Shown here: one piece after another, positions 23,084-35,589 of the stretch
Position numbering within the stretch: position 1 is the stretch's first letter
Layout: every line of letters begins with the position of its first letter
Source of the DNA: Vicugna vicugna
Lineage: Eukaryota
Direction of reading: 5' to 3'
DNA: 64,000 bases
NCBI GenBank assembly: GCA_013265495.1
Contig: MU058384.1
Location: 993,690 to 1,057,689 of the forward strand
Notes under the pieces: model-generated
The model's database searches: none
Told to the model about the DNA's origin: nothing
Seen by the model: the letters and a program-made list of their open reading frames with translations, nothing else
Position numbers and translations under genes: made by a program

Positions 23084-25874
23084 TTTTTTCATTTATACTG
23101 TGGTTTCTTACCTAAAAAGGCTTTTCCTAACATTAGGTCACAAAGATTTAATCTTATATCTTATTCTATTTAATAATTTTAGCTCTTATATGTAGGTATT
23201 TTATACTTTTTGAGTTAATTTTTATATGATATAAGAAAGGAGTCCAACTTAATTTTCTTTGCATGTGGATATCCAGTTGTCTGAGCACCATTTCGCCCAT
23301 TAATTGTCATCGATCCTTTGCTATAAATCAATTGACTTTAAATATAATGATTTATCTCTGGATTCTCAATTGTGTTCCATTGATCTATATGTCTATCCTT
23401 ATGTCAATACCATACTCTCTTGATTTATATATCTTTACAGTAAGTTTTAAAATTTGGAAGTATAAAGTTCTCCAGCTGTGTTCATCTTTTCAATATCAGT
23501 TTAGCTACACTAAATTCAGTGAATTCCCATATGAATTTCCCTCTCCCCCCCGAAAAATGTGAATTTTAATAGAGAAGAGTTACAATGAATCTGTAGACCA
23601 ATTTGGAGATTATTGCTATTTTTAACATTATTAATTCATCTAATCCACAAGCAAGATCTTATTTTAGGTTTTATTTCAATAAGGTTTTACAGTATTCAGA
23701 ATGTAAAATTGCACTTCTCTTAAAAAATTTATTCCTAATTATTATTTTTATGCTATTGTTAATGAAATTGTTTCCTTAATTTTTTTGGAATGTTCATTGC
23801 TAATGTATATAAATATAATTGATCTTTATATTTAACTTGTGTCCTGAAAACTTGCTGAACCCACTTATTAGTTCTAATAGTTTTTTAACCAAGTGCCAAT
23901 TCCTTAGGATATTCTATACACAAAATCATACCATCTACAAATAGAGTTTAATTTTTCCTTTTCAATTTGAATGTCTTTTATTTTTACCTAATTTCCATGG
24001 CTTAACTTACAGGAAAAGAAGTGAGTAGAAGTGAATAAAAATGAGGAGAGTATAAATGTAGGTTTTGTTCCTGATCATAGGGTGAAAGCTTCCATCATTC
24101 ACCATTATAAATGATGTTCACGATGGGTTTTTCACAGATGATCCCTTATCAGGCTGAAGAATTGCCCTTCATTTCCTACTTTGTTGACAGTTTTTATCAT
24201 GAAATCAGGTTAGATTTTGTCAAATGTTATTTCTGAGTCTATCGAAATGGTCATGTGTTTTTGTCCTTTATTCGTTTAATATGATGTACTACATTAACTG
24301 ATTTTCACAGGTTTTGTCTGGTATTAGTATAGCCATTTCAACTTTCTTATGAGTGCTATTTGCATGAGTTTTTTCACCACTCTTTTACTTTCAAATTATT
24401 TGTATATTTGAGTCTAAATGTATCTCCATTTTTTGATTGTCTGGTTTTGGTCAAGTCAGTCTGACATCCTCTATCTTTTGATTGGATTGTTATAGATCTA
24501 TTTTTATGACTGCCATTTTACTTTTGTTTTCTATGTCTGTTGTCTCTTGTTTCTTAATCCAGGACAGTTTTACTCCCAGCCACCTCATTTGTCATTTTAT
24601 TGTCAAATAAACATTTCTGTACTGTTGTAAACCCAACAGTACAGTTATATAAATATTATTTATAGAATTTCTTTTTAGATCAGTTAGAGGAAGAAAGAAG
24701 ACCAATATGAATTTATACAGTCTTTTATAATGATATAATTATCTTTACCAGTGTTCAGTTTTTTTTTTTTCCAATGAACTTGAAATATTGTCTGGGATTC
24801 CTTAATTTAAGCCTAAAGGATTTACTTTAATACTATTTTAAGACAGAAGGCAGGTCTGTTAGTGACCTATCCCTGCTCTCTCTCTCTCTCTCTCTTTTAT
24901 TTGTCTGGCATGCCCTTATTCGAATTCCATTTATGAAATGTAGTTTTTGTGGACATAAAAAACTTGTTTGACATTTTTTTTTCTTTTAGCACTTGAATAT
25001 AACATTGCACTGCTTTCTAGCTTCCACTAATTCTAATCAGAAATCAATGGCTAATCTCATTGCAGTTCCTTATACATATTGAATAACTTCTACCATGCTG
25101 CTTTCAAGATATTTTCTTTGTCTTTAAACTTTTTTACTATAACGAGTCTTGATGTGGATCTTTTGCATTTATCCTGCTTGGAGTTAAGTGAGATTGTTGG
25201 GTATATAGATCAAATGTTTCATCAAATTTGGGAAGATTTCATCCATTAGGTCTTCAATATTACTTCTGCTGTTTTCTCTGACTCCTCTCTTCCTGGTGTT
25301 ACCATTGCATTTAATAGCGTCCCACATTTCTCTGAAATTCTTCCATTTCTCTTCATTCTGTCTTCTCTCTGTTTTTCATATCATTTAACCTTTGTCAATC
25401 TATCTTCAAGTTTTCTGATTCTTCTTCTAGTTCAAATATACTCTTGTGCTCTTTAATAAATTTTAAAATTTATATCAATGTACTCTTCAACTCCTGAATT
25501 TCTTTCTTTCTTTATTTAATAAGACATGTCATCATATCTTTATTTCTTTAAACATGTTTTCCTTTTGCTTTTAAATATGTTTATAACGGCTGCTTTGAAG
25601 TCTTTATTTGGTAAGTCCATCATTTACTCCCTCTTACAGGTAGCTACCTTTGCCTGCTTCGGCCTGTGCTTGATTCAGGCTTTCTCTCTTCTTCAGGGCT
25701 TGATGTTGTTGTTTGCTTGTATATTAACTCAGTGATTTAGCTCGACTATTTTAACAAAGTCGATTTACCCTGAAGTGTGGAACCTCTAATGTCATTTCTC
25801 AATGTGCATAGCATAAGGCATGGACACTGTCATCCTGGGATGACACCCTGAGAGAGTAGGGCTCTCTTTCTCTC

Positions 25875-26511
25875 TTTAAGAGACTGTCTTTTATTTGAAC
25901 ACTGAATACATTCTATTAGTACAGAGTGTGCTGAGGATGAAGATTTTTAAAGGAAAAAAACACTGGCAGCAATACAATTAAAATGGAAAAAAATAAAATT
26001 TCGAATATAACATAAATGACAGATACATTAGCATCTGTGAAGCCCATCTAGGGCACTTCATCACCTGATAGTTATGGTTTAATTTAAATTTGCTTCAGAC
26101 ATGAGTATTTGGAACTGTCAAAAAAAATGCCACATAAATATAATATAAACTAGACATAGCAAATGAAAGAGCATATCATAATTTATTAAATCTCTTTAAT
26201 GAAACCATTACCTGACAACTAGAAAACAGTTAAACTATTTGTTTAAAAACAATCCCTAAAACTTGTGTCCATATTAGAGGTGACAGAATTTCTTTCGTAG
26301 CTTCTAGCAAAATAAGGCCATATTGAACATTCCATATTGAAATTTATCTTTTCAATACAAAGAGTAGGCTCTGCCCGTTAACAGTGAATGACATGAACTT
26401 AGTTCTCAGTTCCTCCAGGTTCTCAGAGCAGCAATAAGACAAGTCTCAGGATCATCATGAAGCTTAAACCTGCAACAAGACCATTCCCTTCACATTCTCC
26501 ATCTCATTCCA
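25875..26511 (-). pseudogene. 5'-truncated processed retrocopy of an unidentified mRNA 3' end (mostly 3'UTR), inserted in the L1 5' region
   Basis: Non-L1 sequence interrupting L1. The minus strand ends ...TGTACTAATAGAATGTATTCAGTGTTCAAATAAAAAGACAGTCTCTTAAAG (AATAAA at 25890-25895, with UGUA motifs upstream). Candidate TSD ttctctct at 25868-25875 and 26512-26519. U-rich, UTR-like composition. Confidence 0.65.
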
Positions 26512-27423
26512 TTCTCTCTATGTTAATCTGTCTGTCTTTTTTGTTATCGCACCCTAGCTTTAGACTCAACTAACTGTAAATTATTGCCCTATTGTTTTTG
26601 GCAATGCCCTGGGATCTAAATTGCACAGTATATTTTGATGCCAGTCCTTTGAGGTTGGTTATGACTCTAAGATGACTCCTCTTACCTGCATCTTCCCTTT
26701 GTTCTCTCTGTTAAACTAACTAGCCTAAAGTTTAACCTACTGTTCATAGAAATACTGGCTTCTTCTTAATTGTTTAGCACCAAATCTTCTTTCTTTCCAG
26801 GAGCAACCTTAGGCTTGAACTTCTTCACACACTGCTCCATAAAATCACCTATTTGAGCAAAGCTCTGGAGCTCTCTGTTCTTACAGACTGCCTCTCCCTT
26901 TAGGCAAAATCTCTGAGCCACTGGTTCAGAACTGGGAGTGGGGATAGTGGCCCACTTCTGTTGGGTTGACATCCCTGCTTTAAGAGAAGCATTCTGGGCT
27001 GAGGCAGTGTCTCTGGTATTCTGACATTGCATATTCCATCAAAGAATTTCATCTCTAAATGAAAATGGGCAAAGATGACTGGGACCCCACTGTTCTTGCT
27101 CTATTATACATGAGGTAGAATCTGAGGATTGACTGGAGAAAGGGACTCCATGTATTTGCTCAGAATTTAGCTTCTGCAACATAATGCTGGGAAGGATAAG
27201 AAGTGCTCACAGCCTGCCCCGCGTAGGGAGATACCACAGCTGTTGACTGGAGCTGGGGGAAGAGGGAGCCCCAGCTTCTTGGCCACATGCTCCCAGAGTA
27301 CAGCACCATCATGATGAGCTGAGTATTCAGAAAGAGAAGGAATAAACTGTAGCTCCAGTGTCACAGACTCTTGCTTTTCTTACAGATTCATTTGATTTTC
27401 TTGAATAAATAATTCAAGAAAAT

Positions 27424-27487
27424 GTACACCCCAAATTGACACAACATTATAAACTGACTATATACTTATATGTATATGTACATACAC
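27424..27487 (+). mobile_element. 64-bp extreme 3' tip of a young L1 with a perfect 15-bp TSD
   Basis: GTACACCCCAAATTGACACAACATTATAAACTGACTATA matches the L1 ends at 35.4 and 59.9 kb. TSD ataattcaagaaaat at 27409-27423 and 27488-27502. Confidence 0.85.
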
Positions 27488-27659
27488 ATAATTCAAGAAA
27501 ATTCATTTGCAACATACCCTTAAGACAATTTTCAAAGACTTTAAATGGCTGAGGCTTTTTAAATAAATAATTATCATCAGTTTTGGCTGTTTTTCTGGAG
27601 TATGTCTGCAGAACTCCTCATGCCACTATTTCAGAAATTGTCCTCTTTTGAGGGAGTTT

Positions 27660-27940
27660 TGGACAAGATTTTGTTTCTGATTTTATCATTACCTTCCCTT
27701 TATTCTTCATATTGCTTAAAATGTGAATGTAGGATAGAAACGGAACAGCCATTTTGTGACCACGGGGGGACCAGAAAAAACAAAAGATAATGAAAGAAAT
27801 GTGTGTCTTAACATTATTCGGCAGCAGAGCAATATTAGCACCTTTGGATTTACTGTTATCTAAGAAAATAAACCACTGAGTGATTAAGGCACAGACTGCA
27901 GGTTTTTTGTTAAACTAAAACAAACCAGATAATAATTTAT
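27660..27940 (+). mobile_element. MaLR MLT1 LTR, 3' part
   Basis: CAGCCATTTTGTGACCA...GGATTTACTGTTATCTAAGAAAATAAACC...TTAAGGCAC, typical of MLT1 3' halves. Confidence 0.65.
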
Positions 27941-28119
27941 ACAGTCCCATATTTCTTATTTTCTTTAGAATCTAACCTTATGCCTTAAAGTCATCCCAAA
28001 TGTAGCATAATTAAACCTAAACTCTTCTTCCTTTAATTCTTTTTTTTAAAAAATCTTTTTACTATTGCTTCCTTACAGGTATCAACTTCCCCAGAGTCTC
28101 CCTAACCTACAACCAGAAT

Positions 28120-28720
28120 ATTGTCTTCCATCTTCTATACCTAATGAGTCATTAAATCCTATTTTTACCTCTTAAAACGTCCTTTAAATCCTCCTATACT
28201 CTCCTTTCCTATCACCCCTAACAATGTGAACCATCATCAAACTTCACCTGAGTTACCACAGGAGTTGCTTACCTGCCCTTCATTTTTTTCAGTTTCCATA
28301 CCATGCTACAGACTAGGTAGCCATTTTAAAAGGCACATTGGACACAGACATGTCCCTTCCCTATTAATATGTTTTCAATGATTCCTTTTTTGGTACACTT
28401 TATCAGGGTCTAAACCTTCACAGCATAGCAGCAAGTCTTCATAAAGTCACCTATGACCAGCTCTTCTGCCTATGTCTACCACTTCCCATCACAAGCTCTG
28501 TCCTTTGGACAAGCTGAAGGTAGCATTCTCTTACACAGAGTCTTTGTATCCAATCCTTCCTCCACCAGAGATGCTTTCCTCCTTTTGTCTGCCTGGTGAA
28601 TTGCATTAGTCTTAAAAATCCTGCAAAAATATCACTACAAAAAGAAGACTTCTGCATCTTTTTCTGGTATTGCAATAACTGTTTCTTTATTCTTTTCTAC
28701 TTCTTAGAATATAAACCCCA
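28120..28720 (+). mobile_element. L2 3' fragment
   Basis: C/T-rich L2 pattern: TTTTACCTCTTAAAA...ACCATCATC...CACCTG...ATGCTTTCCTCC...GCCTGGTGAATT. Confidence 0.6.
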
Positions 28721-28733
28721 GAAGTTCAGGCCC

Positions 28734-28778
<45 letters not shown>
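28734..28778. repeat. (TG)n microsatellite
   Basis: Directly visible. Confidence 0.95.
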
Positions 28779-28780
<2 letters not shown>

Positions 28781-29399
28781 TTATGCTTGATTATCATGTT
28801 CCTAATATTTAAATAAGAAAAAATAATGCAGGAAGATAGTTTGAGTCTAGGATCACAAGAAAGAGCATATGATAAATTAATTTTATAATAAAAGTAGCAT
28901 GTATTATTTTTATAAGTACACTGTAGTAGCCAAAGAAACATTAGATCTCTTATATTAGCAGCTATCAAAGGAATTTCAAGAGATTTCACATGGAAAATCA
29001 CCTCTTTTCTTAGCCTGTGCTAAGACAACTCCAAATTTATCACAAGTTTAACAATATCAGATTACTGAGATAAACAAAGCAGATAACTAGTTCTTCAAAT
29101 CATCAGATACACATCTCCATGTGCATTTCAACCAGTATTTTCAGATTCTGATACTAAAATCACATAGCTATTTTCTCTACATACACAAAAAATTCAGTCA
29201 ATAAAATATCAATAAATTCATGGAGTCTTCAAAGGCTGTCTATGAATTAAAGAGGGGTTTACCTTTACAAAGGCAATTCTCATGAATTTTAATGTAAATG
29301 TCAAACATGTCAGCTCTAATTCTCAAAGAGTTCAGAATAAAAATAAAACTGGAATAAATGCATTTATAGGCATACATAAGTACATATATAGCAATGAAA

Positions 29400-30110
29400 T
29401 GAAATAGGTGCTCTGATATCAGTACAAGGCAGTGGGCACAACAAAGTAATCAGTCCTACTTTGAAGAGGTAATGTGGAATGAAGAAAGGAGTAAGAATGC
29501 CCCTTGAGTAGAATGATGCTTAAGAAAGCTGCAAAGGGATACAGCTGACTAAGATTCACCACAAGAAACAAGGCAGTCCAGAGAGTGAAAGCAACTTGAA
29601 CAAGATGTCGAGATTTACCCTCCCTGGTGTCTTCAGAAAAATGTAAATTAGTGAATTCATGGGAAAGGAGGTCAAGGTCATCAAGTCAAAAGCTAAGACT
29701 GTGGTGAGAACTGAAGCTAGAAAGAGAAGCAGAGGGAAGACTAATTATAAGGGGTCTTGAATAGCATGCTAAGGATTTAGATGGAACTATTAAATTATTT
29801 TAGATAGTGTAGTGTCATCATTAGCTTTTTGTTTTAGAGCAATCTGAATTGCTGCACTGAAAATGAGATACCGGAGGTCAGCAACACTAAGGGAGTAGAT
29901 AACAAGCAGATAAGGGATCCTTCCAGTAGTGCAGGCAAGAGATGAGGTTCATACGAATTAACTGAAAGCCAAAAGACCTGTAGGAAATTACTAACAGGAG
30001 GCACATCAGTAGATCGTGGTGATATATTAGATTTGACATCTAGAATGAGTCCCAGGTTCCTGAGTTTGATGCCTGGAAATCAGACCTAGGTGATAAAAGA
30101 TGGCTTGGTT
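29400..30110 (-). mobile_element. L2 fragment
   Basis: Purine-rich antisense L2 pattern: GGGTCTTGAATAGCATGCTAAGGA...GCAGGCAAGAGATGA...GAATGAGTCCCAGGTT. Confidence 0.6.
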
Positions 30111-30124
30111 TTAGATATAATGCA

Positions 30125-30270
30125 TCATTTAGTCCAGCCTATTCATTTTACAAGTGATAAAATACATAGATGTTAAGTGATTTGCCCAAGGTCTTGCAGC
30201 TCTTTGTGTAGTCCTGGAAGAACTAGAACATAACTCGCCCAATTTTCGTTTCAGCACGTATTCCAACATA
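30125..30270 (-). mobile_element. MIR SINE
   Basis: CATTTTACAAGTGATAAAA...GTTAAGTGATTTGCCCAAGGTC. Confidence 0.75.
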
Positions 30271-31350
30271 CAGTACCATATTCAGACATTCAGTGCTCTT
30301 TCAATTTTCATGCTAGGCAAAATGACATAATGGAAAAAAATAGATGGAGTTCCAGCTTCCTAATTGTTCCATAAAAGGATTTGGGGGCTATGTATCTGAC
30401 AATGACAGATTTGCCATTTGAGGATTTTATCTAAAATTTATGAGACAATTATTATAATCAAATCATTTTATTTTTAGGAATAAAAGTTCAAATTTCATCC
30501 AATTTTGTAATTGTAAAAAAAAAATCATGACACTTCCCCTCAGTGATACATCATTTATTCTCAGATGTAAAGAAATACTGACGTTTTATGCTTAATAATA
30601 AAGCAGCTCTCCTTGTGTAATGTCAGATAAGAAAATTTAAAAATCAGTTAATTGCCTGGGCAACTCTGCATATATCAGAATGAGGATAGGTCCAATTTTA
30701 AAACAGAAAGAAGAGTTCAGTGTAAGCATTTTGGAGAATATCCACATAGATGTATGTATATGTGTATGTGTGTATTTCTGTATACACTTTTCTCTGTCCC
30801 AAGATAATTTTTCAGACCACAAAACTAAAGATGAGAAAATCTATGTATGTCATTGATGTATCAGGACCAGTAATGAAGAAATACGGCATGTGTATCAACA
30901 TAACGCAATCCACGTGAAGTCATAATTACTCTGCAGCCATTCTACTTGATGGAATCTGGGGGCAAGTACCAAATTCTTAACTATCAAAATGCTTCACCAG
31001 GGCTGCTGATGGAGCAAAATGAAACTGGCAGAAAACGACATTTTCTGTGTCTTTAGATTTAAATGTTAAACCTATTTTTGTAATAAAATGTCATTAAAAG
31101 TATTCACTCTATTTCATGAACTTTCACAAATTATCCCTTTTTTACTTCTCAGACAAAACTGCTTAGTCTTCCTATGATTGCAAAAGTGTTGTGTTCATTC
31201 ATCTGAACTTAACCACAGGTTTTGCACTCTGACAATATTTGTCTTTATAGCTACTTTTCCTTGCTCTAAACAAGTAGCTCCTTTTAAGTCAGTCTCTTTC
31301 CACAAGCTTCTGTCAGCAAACATATCTTCCTGGTTTGAAGTTAGTCCTAC

Positions 31351-31438
31351 TTTCTTTTTTTTTTTTTTTTTTCTCTTCCTTCTTTTTCCTTTTTTTTTTT
31401 TTTTTTTCTCTCTCTCTTCTTCTTCCTTTTTTTTTTTT
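31351..31438. repeat. ~88-nt pure polypyrimidine (T/C) tract
   Basis: Directly visible; no purines on the plus strand. Confidence 0.9.
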
Positions 31439-32229
31439 AATTAACCACCGCACAGACAGCAGCTGAATATAAGACACTCTGAAGTTACCCTGTGTATCTT
31501 GGTTCCTCTATCTTGTGATTCCTTAACTCACTAAACATTGAATAAGCACATACACTAATTTCAATAGAGACAAAATTTACTTCTTAAGGTAATGAATTCA
31601 CTTCATTTTGTTTCTCAGTTCCATTTTAATTCTGTCTGTGACCATGCCCCATTTTTCTAACTCTGGCATTTATAAGCATTCATTTAGTGGGAAAGCATTC
31701 TGTATTGCAAGTTCAGTGTTAGACCCTGCAGGCCCTAAAAAGTCATGAACCTTGGATCAGTTTTGTCCTTTACAGATGGAGTTATTTGGCTGAAAAATTG
31801 GCTCTTAACTTGGCTAGAGATTATGAGAGAAATAATTAACAATCTTATATAGCACAACAGTACAACATAGAATAAGAACTATAATGTGACTTGTGACAAA
31901 ATTTCAAACATAACAGGAACTCTCTGGAGATGACCTAGCATACATAGAGCTAGATGTTTTTGAAATGCCCCCTCTCTTTCACTATTGAGATTACCTGACC
32001 TAGAATTATTTCTAAACAACCTTCAGCTTTACCATCATATGATTCTATACAGAACATCTTACACTTAAATTTAGTCCATTTATACTCACCATCACACAGA
32101 TACTAATAAATTGAATTGAAAATCCTTTCATATGTAAAATCATTAATTAATTAATTATTACATTAATTCACTCCACAAGTATGTACAATATGCCTTGAAT
32201 GTGGCAGACTTGTGCAAAATAGTTTCCAG

Positions 32230-32350
32230 GAGGTTTTAGAAATTAAACGAAAACAAAGCTCAAAAAGTTAAATAACTTGCCCAAGGTCACATAGCCAGTA
32301 GTTAAACACATGGTCAACTCATACCAAAGTCCATCTGTTTTTCATTCCAT
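32230..32350 (-). mobile_element. MIR SINE within an L2 3'-end remnant
   Basis: AAAGTTAAATAACTTGCCCAAGGTCACATAGCCAGTA. Confidence 0.75.
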
Positions 32351-34399
32351 TCCACTGACCTCAAGGAGCTCCTGGTTTAGTGGAGGAAATGTACAACCAA
32401 ATAAATAATTTAAAGTACAGCACAAGAAGGTGTTTTGCTATAAAGTCCCTCAGAATATCCTCTTTCTCTGAGATCCTTATAAATCCAAGGAATACTATTT
32501 AATAATATAATTTTCTCTAGGCACTGCATCTCTTCTAAAGTGCATGGAGTTTGAGCAGCTCATGAAACTCACTCGTAATAGCACAGTTTGGATGTAGATT
32601 TCTTTGCTGATGGTTTAACATGTAAATATATTTTGGCTTTAATTTTGACTTTTAAAAGAATTGGTATTTTTACTTGGAGAGGCTCAACATGTAAATTTCT
32701 GGGCACCCTTCTGGCCACCCTTGAAGCAAGCAGGTGGCCTGGCCTCTGCCAGTCTGATCACTTTCAATGAGTCAGACTCTATGAGGAGAGGAAGGTTAGT
32801 TAAGGCCTCTTTCCAGGGGCAGCCTGAAAAAACAGGTCTCGTCCCTGGCCGTGTTCCTGCCGTTGGGTATTCTGAACCTGCACTTCTATCAGTTAATGAA
32901 AGGATTCCATCTTTTTCTAGAACAATTGCTCTCAGGACAGCACACTCTGCCCCTTCTCAGCTGGTCTTGTTCCCCTGCTGGGCGCAGAGTGGTCAGGAAT
33001 TGAAATCTTAACTCTCTTGTTTAGCTTGAAAGTTTCCCGTTTTCATTCCGCTGGTTTACAGAGGAAAAATGAAAGGATATTAAGATGTCTCTATTTTTAT
33101 TTGATTCTATATGTGTCTCTGCTTCTGTGTAAAGTTCACTCACTGAGAAGAAAAATAGCCTGTACAAGTTTTACTTCTTAAACTAAAAATAAATTATTCT
33201 CTGGACATACCTAAAAGGCTATAACTTGGTTAAGCATAAAAGGCAAAGAAGCATGGAAAAAGAGAGGAACGAGTCATGGTTAAGAGGAAAAAACTCTCGA
33301 AGATGTCACAGAGAAGCCAACATTGCATAAAGGATCAGAAATAAAAAGAAAACGAATTTTCAAGCTAAGAAGGGCAGGAAAGGGAATCCCAGCCCCATGA
33401 AATAGCATGTGTCTGGGTATGGGATTTTAAGAGTCCCTTTTGGAATCTGATCTCTGGGAACTCCAGGCAGGAGGGAGTGAGGCAGTGGAAGATAAAGTAG
33501 GTTGAGGCCAAATTGTAACTACCATTCTAGGAGACTGCACTTCACAAGGGTAATTTTCATAGATTTCCTTTTCTAATTTTGATCAGTCAGGAAGAAAATG
33601 TGAATGAAGTAACGGAAGAGTGTCACTGGGTTTATGACTAAAAGCATTGATATTTATTTATTCATTCAAACAAGAGGAGCTTGCCTCTCCTCTTAAATAT
33701 TTGCTTCCAGAAAAAAAAATATTTTTATTATTTATACACTAGATAGTTTATCCCCAAAGTATTTTGGTGTATAGCCTTACACTGTCACATTTTTTTTCCA
33801 CACAACTTTCTCATAAAATTAGAGGCATATTGCAAAACAGCAAAGCACCCAAAACAGAAAACAGGAAATTTTTCTTAAGCCAATGTATCATTAACTCATG
33901 AAATTCGTCACTGCCTAAGAACACTGAAGTGGCTTAGAATATTTTTAAATGAGGTCATACATTCACACAAAGTAAACTAGATTTTAAAGTTATAACTTTA
34001 TAACAACTCAAACAAAACATATATCCTTAAGCAGCAACAACCAAGTTGATCAGCAAATATATCAGGCTCTAAATTATCTTCTGAAATTATACTATACTTT
34101 AATAGCTTCTGCATAAAAATTGAAAAAATCTTTGAAAGTTGCTTATTTATGATTCCTGATTATATTCCCATTACTTTATTAAAATAACCAGTGTTTAGAG
34201 TTATCACATGATTAGTTTACATATATTGTAAGATACGATCTTTATAATAAAGCCTATTTTTACAATAGTACTAAATATTATCATTTCTATTTTACAAATG
34301 ATTAAACTAAGACTAAACATGTTAATGATTTACTCACTTTTATGTGCTAGAATAATAAGTGAAAATTTGGGAAACAACCTTAAAATCTAATTTTTTATT

Positions 34400-35300
34400 T
34401 TAAAAATTGAGGGACATTTTATGAGAAGAATGTACAATCTAAATGTTACATATTTTCATCAAAGACTATAAATCTAGATAATGTATCTGAAACAAATTTT
34501 TTAAATTGTATACCAAAAATTAACTTTAACTAATGTCACTAGATAAAATTTAAATTTGAAAAACAGATTCTTAATTCAGATGATAGATTAATGATTTGTA
34601 TCTATAATATAAATATAAACCAAAAAGGAAAAGTTTTATACCTACTTTAATTTTACCCATTAAAGTGGCAAGATTTAAAAACAAGAAAAACCTATTGCTG
34701 GTTAGGATGAAAGATGTTTTGGGATGTATTATGTTTAAGTCTCTATCAGACTCCATTGAAAATAGTTAATACATATGTCTTCAGCCAAGGAATTGAGCAA
34801 CTCTGGGTCTGTCCCATAATAATAAAACCACAGTATATAAAAATGTGTATACAAAGATGCCTGGCACAATATCATTTAAGGGGGAAGGGGCAAAATGAAT
34901 GTCCAATCAGTGTAGCATCATTAACTAAAAGGCAGAGCATGCATAAAATAGAATATTATGCAGCCATTAAAAATATATTAATTAGCACTATATATATATC
35001 AGATGATTCAGTATTTCTACATAGTATTGTTCACTAAAAAAACCAAGATGCATAAAACTGTGTCTACTATTTTCTATTTTAAAAAATAATAAAAAAGGAA
35101 AACACTGTATTTGTATATACAGAGGGACATATGAACATAATAAAAAATACAGTGATGTGGTTATAGGGAGAAAGTGAGTGATTTGGGTAGAAAGAGAAAG
35201 TAGGGGTGTCCAAGCAAGATAGGAAAACGTAAAACACTCTGTCCTTCAAAAAACAGAATATTTATAAATGATAAATGTTAAAATTATGAACAAAAATTAA
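34400..35300 (+). mobile_element. Old L1 (L1ME-like) ORF2 end and 3'UTR remnants
   Basis: ATAGAATATTATGCAGCCATTAAAAA (IEYYAAIK) at ~34948 and flanking L1-like sequence. Confidence 0.65.
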
Positions 35301-35435
35301 TAGTGTGATAAGTATTGCTACTATTTCTGAAATTGTTAACAATAATTTAGTTCTTTTAAGTCCTCTGGATCTGATCCCTGTCTTGCCTCATGGAAACAGA
35401 GAACTTTTTTCTTTCAGCTTTTAGCACAATACTTT

Positions 35436-35589
35436 TCTTTTTTTTTAATTTTTAATTGAAATACAGTCAGTTAGAATGTGTCAGTTTCTGGTGTACAGCA
35501 CAATGTCCCAGTCATGTATATACATACATTTATTTGTTTTCATATTTTTTCATTAAAGTTTATCATAAGATATTGAACATAGTACCCTC
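35436..35589 (-). mobile_element. Young L1 3' end with TSD
   Basis: T-tail + TTGAAATACAGTCAGTT...TTTCTGGTGTACAGCA. TSD tagcacaatacttt (35422-35435) / tagcacaacacttt (35590-35603). Confidence 0.85.

Larger units (their letters stand above)
21385..27640 (-). mobile_element. Old L1 (L1MB-like 3'UTR through 5' region) with an internal ORF2 deletion and three nested insertions
   Basis: Begins with T-run + AGCTTTATTGAGATATAAT. Shows antisense ORF2 signatures (TCTTTGGAGAAATGTTTATT, GCATGTGGATATCCAGTTG), ORF1 antisense at ~25.0-25.4 kb and an L1M 5' region to ~27.6 kb. Confidence 0.85.

Noticed and set aside
26420..26460. C/D-box snoRNA motifs (ATGATGA...CTGA) on the minus strand
   Set aside because: The boxes are only ~2 and ~26 nt apart, too short for a C/D snoRNA, with no terminal stem.
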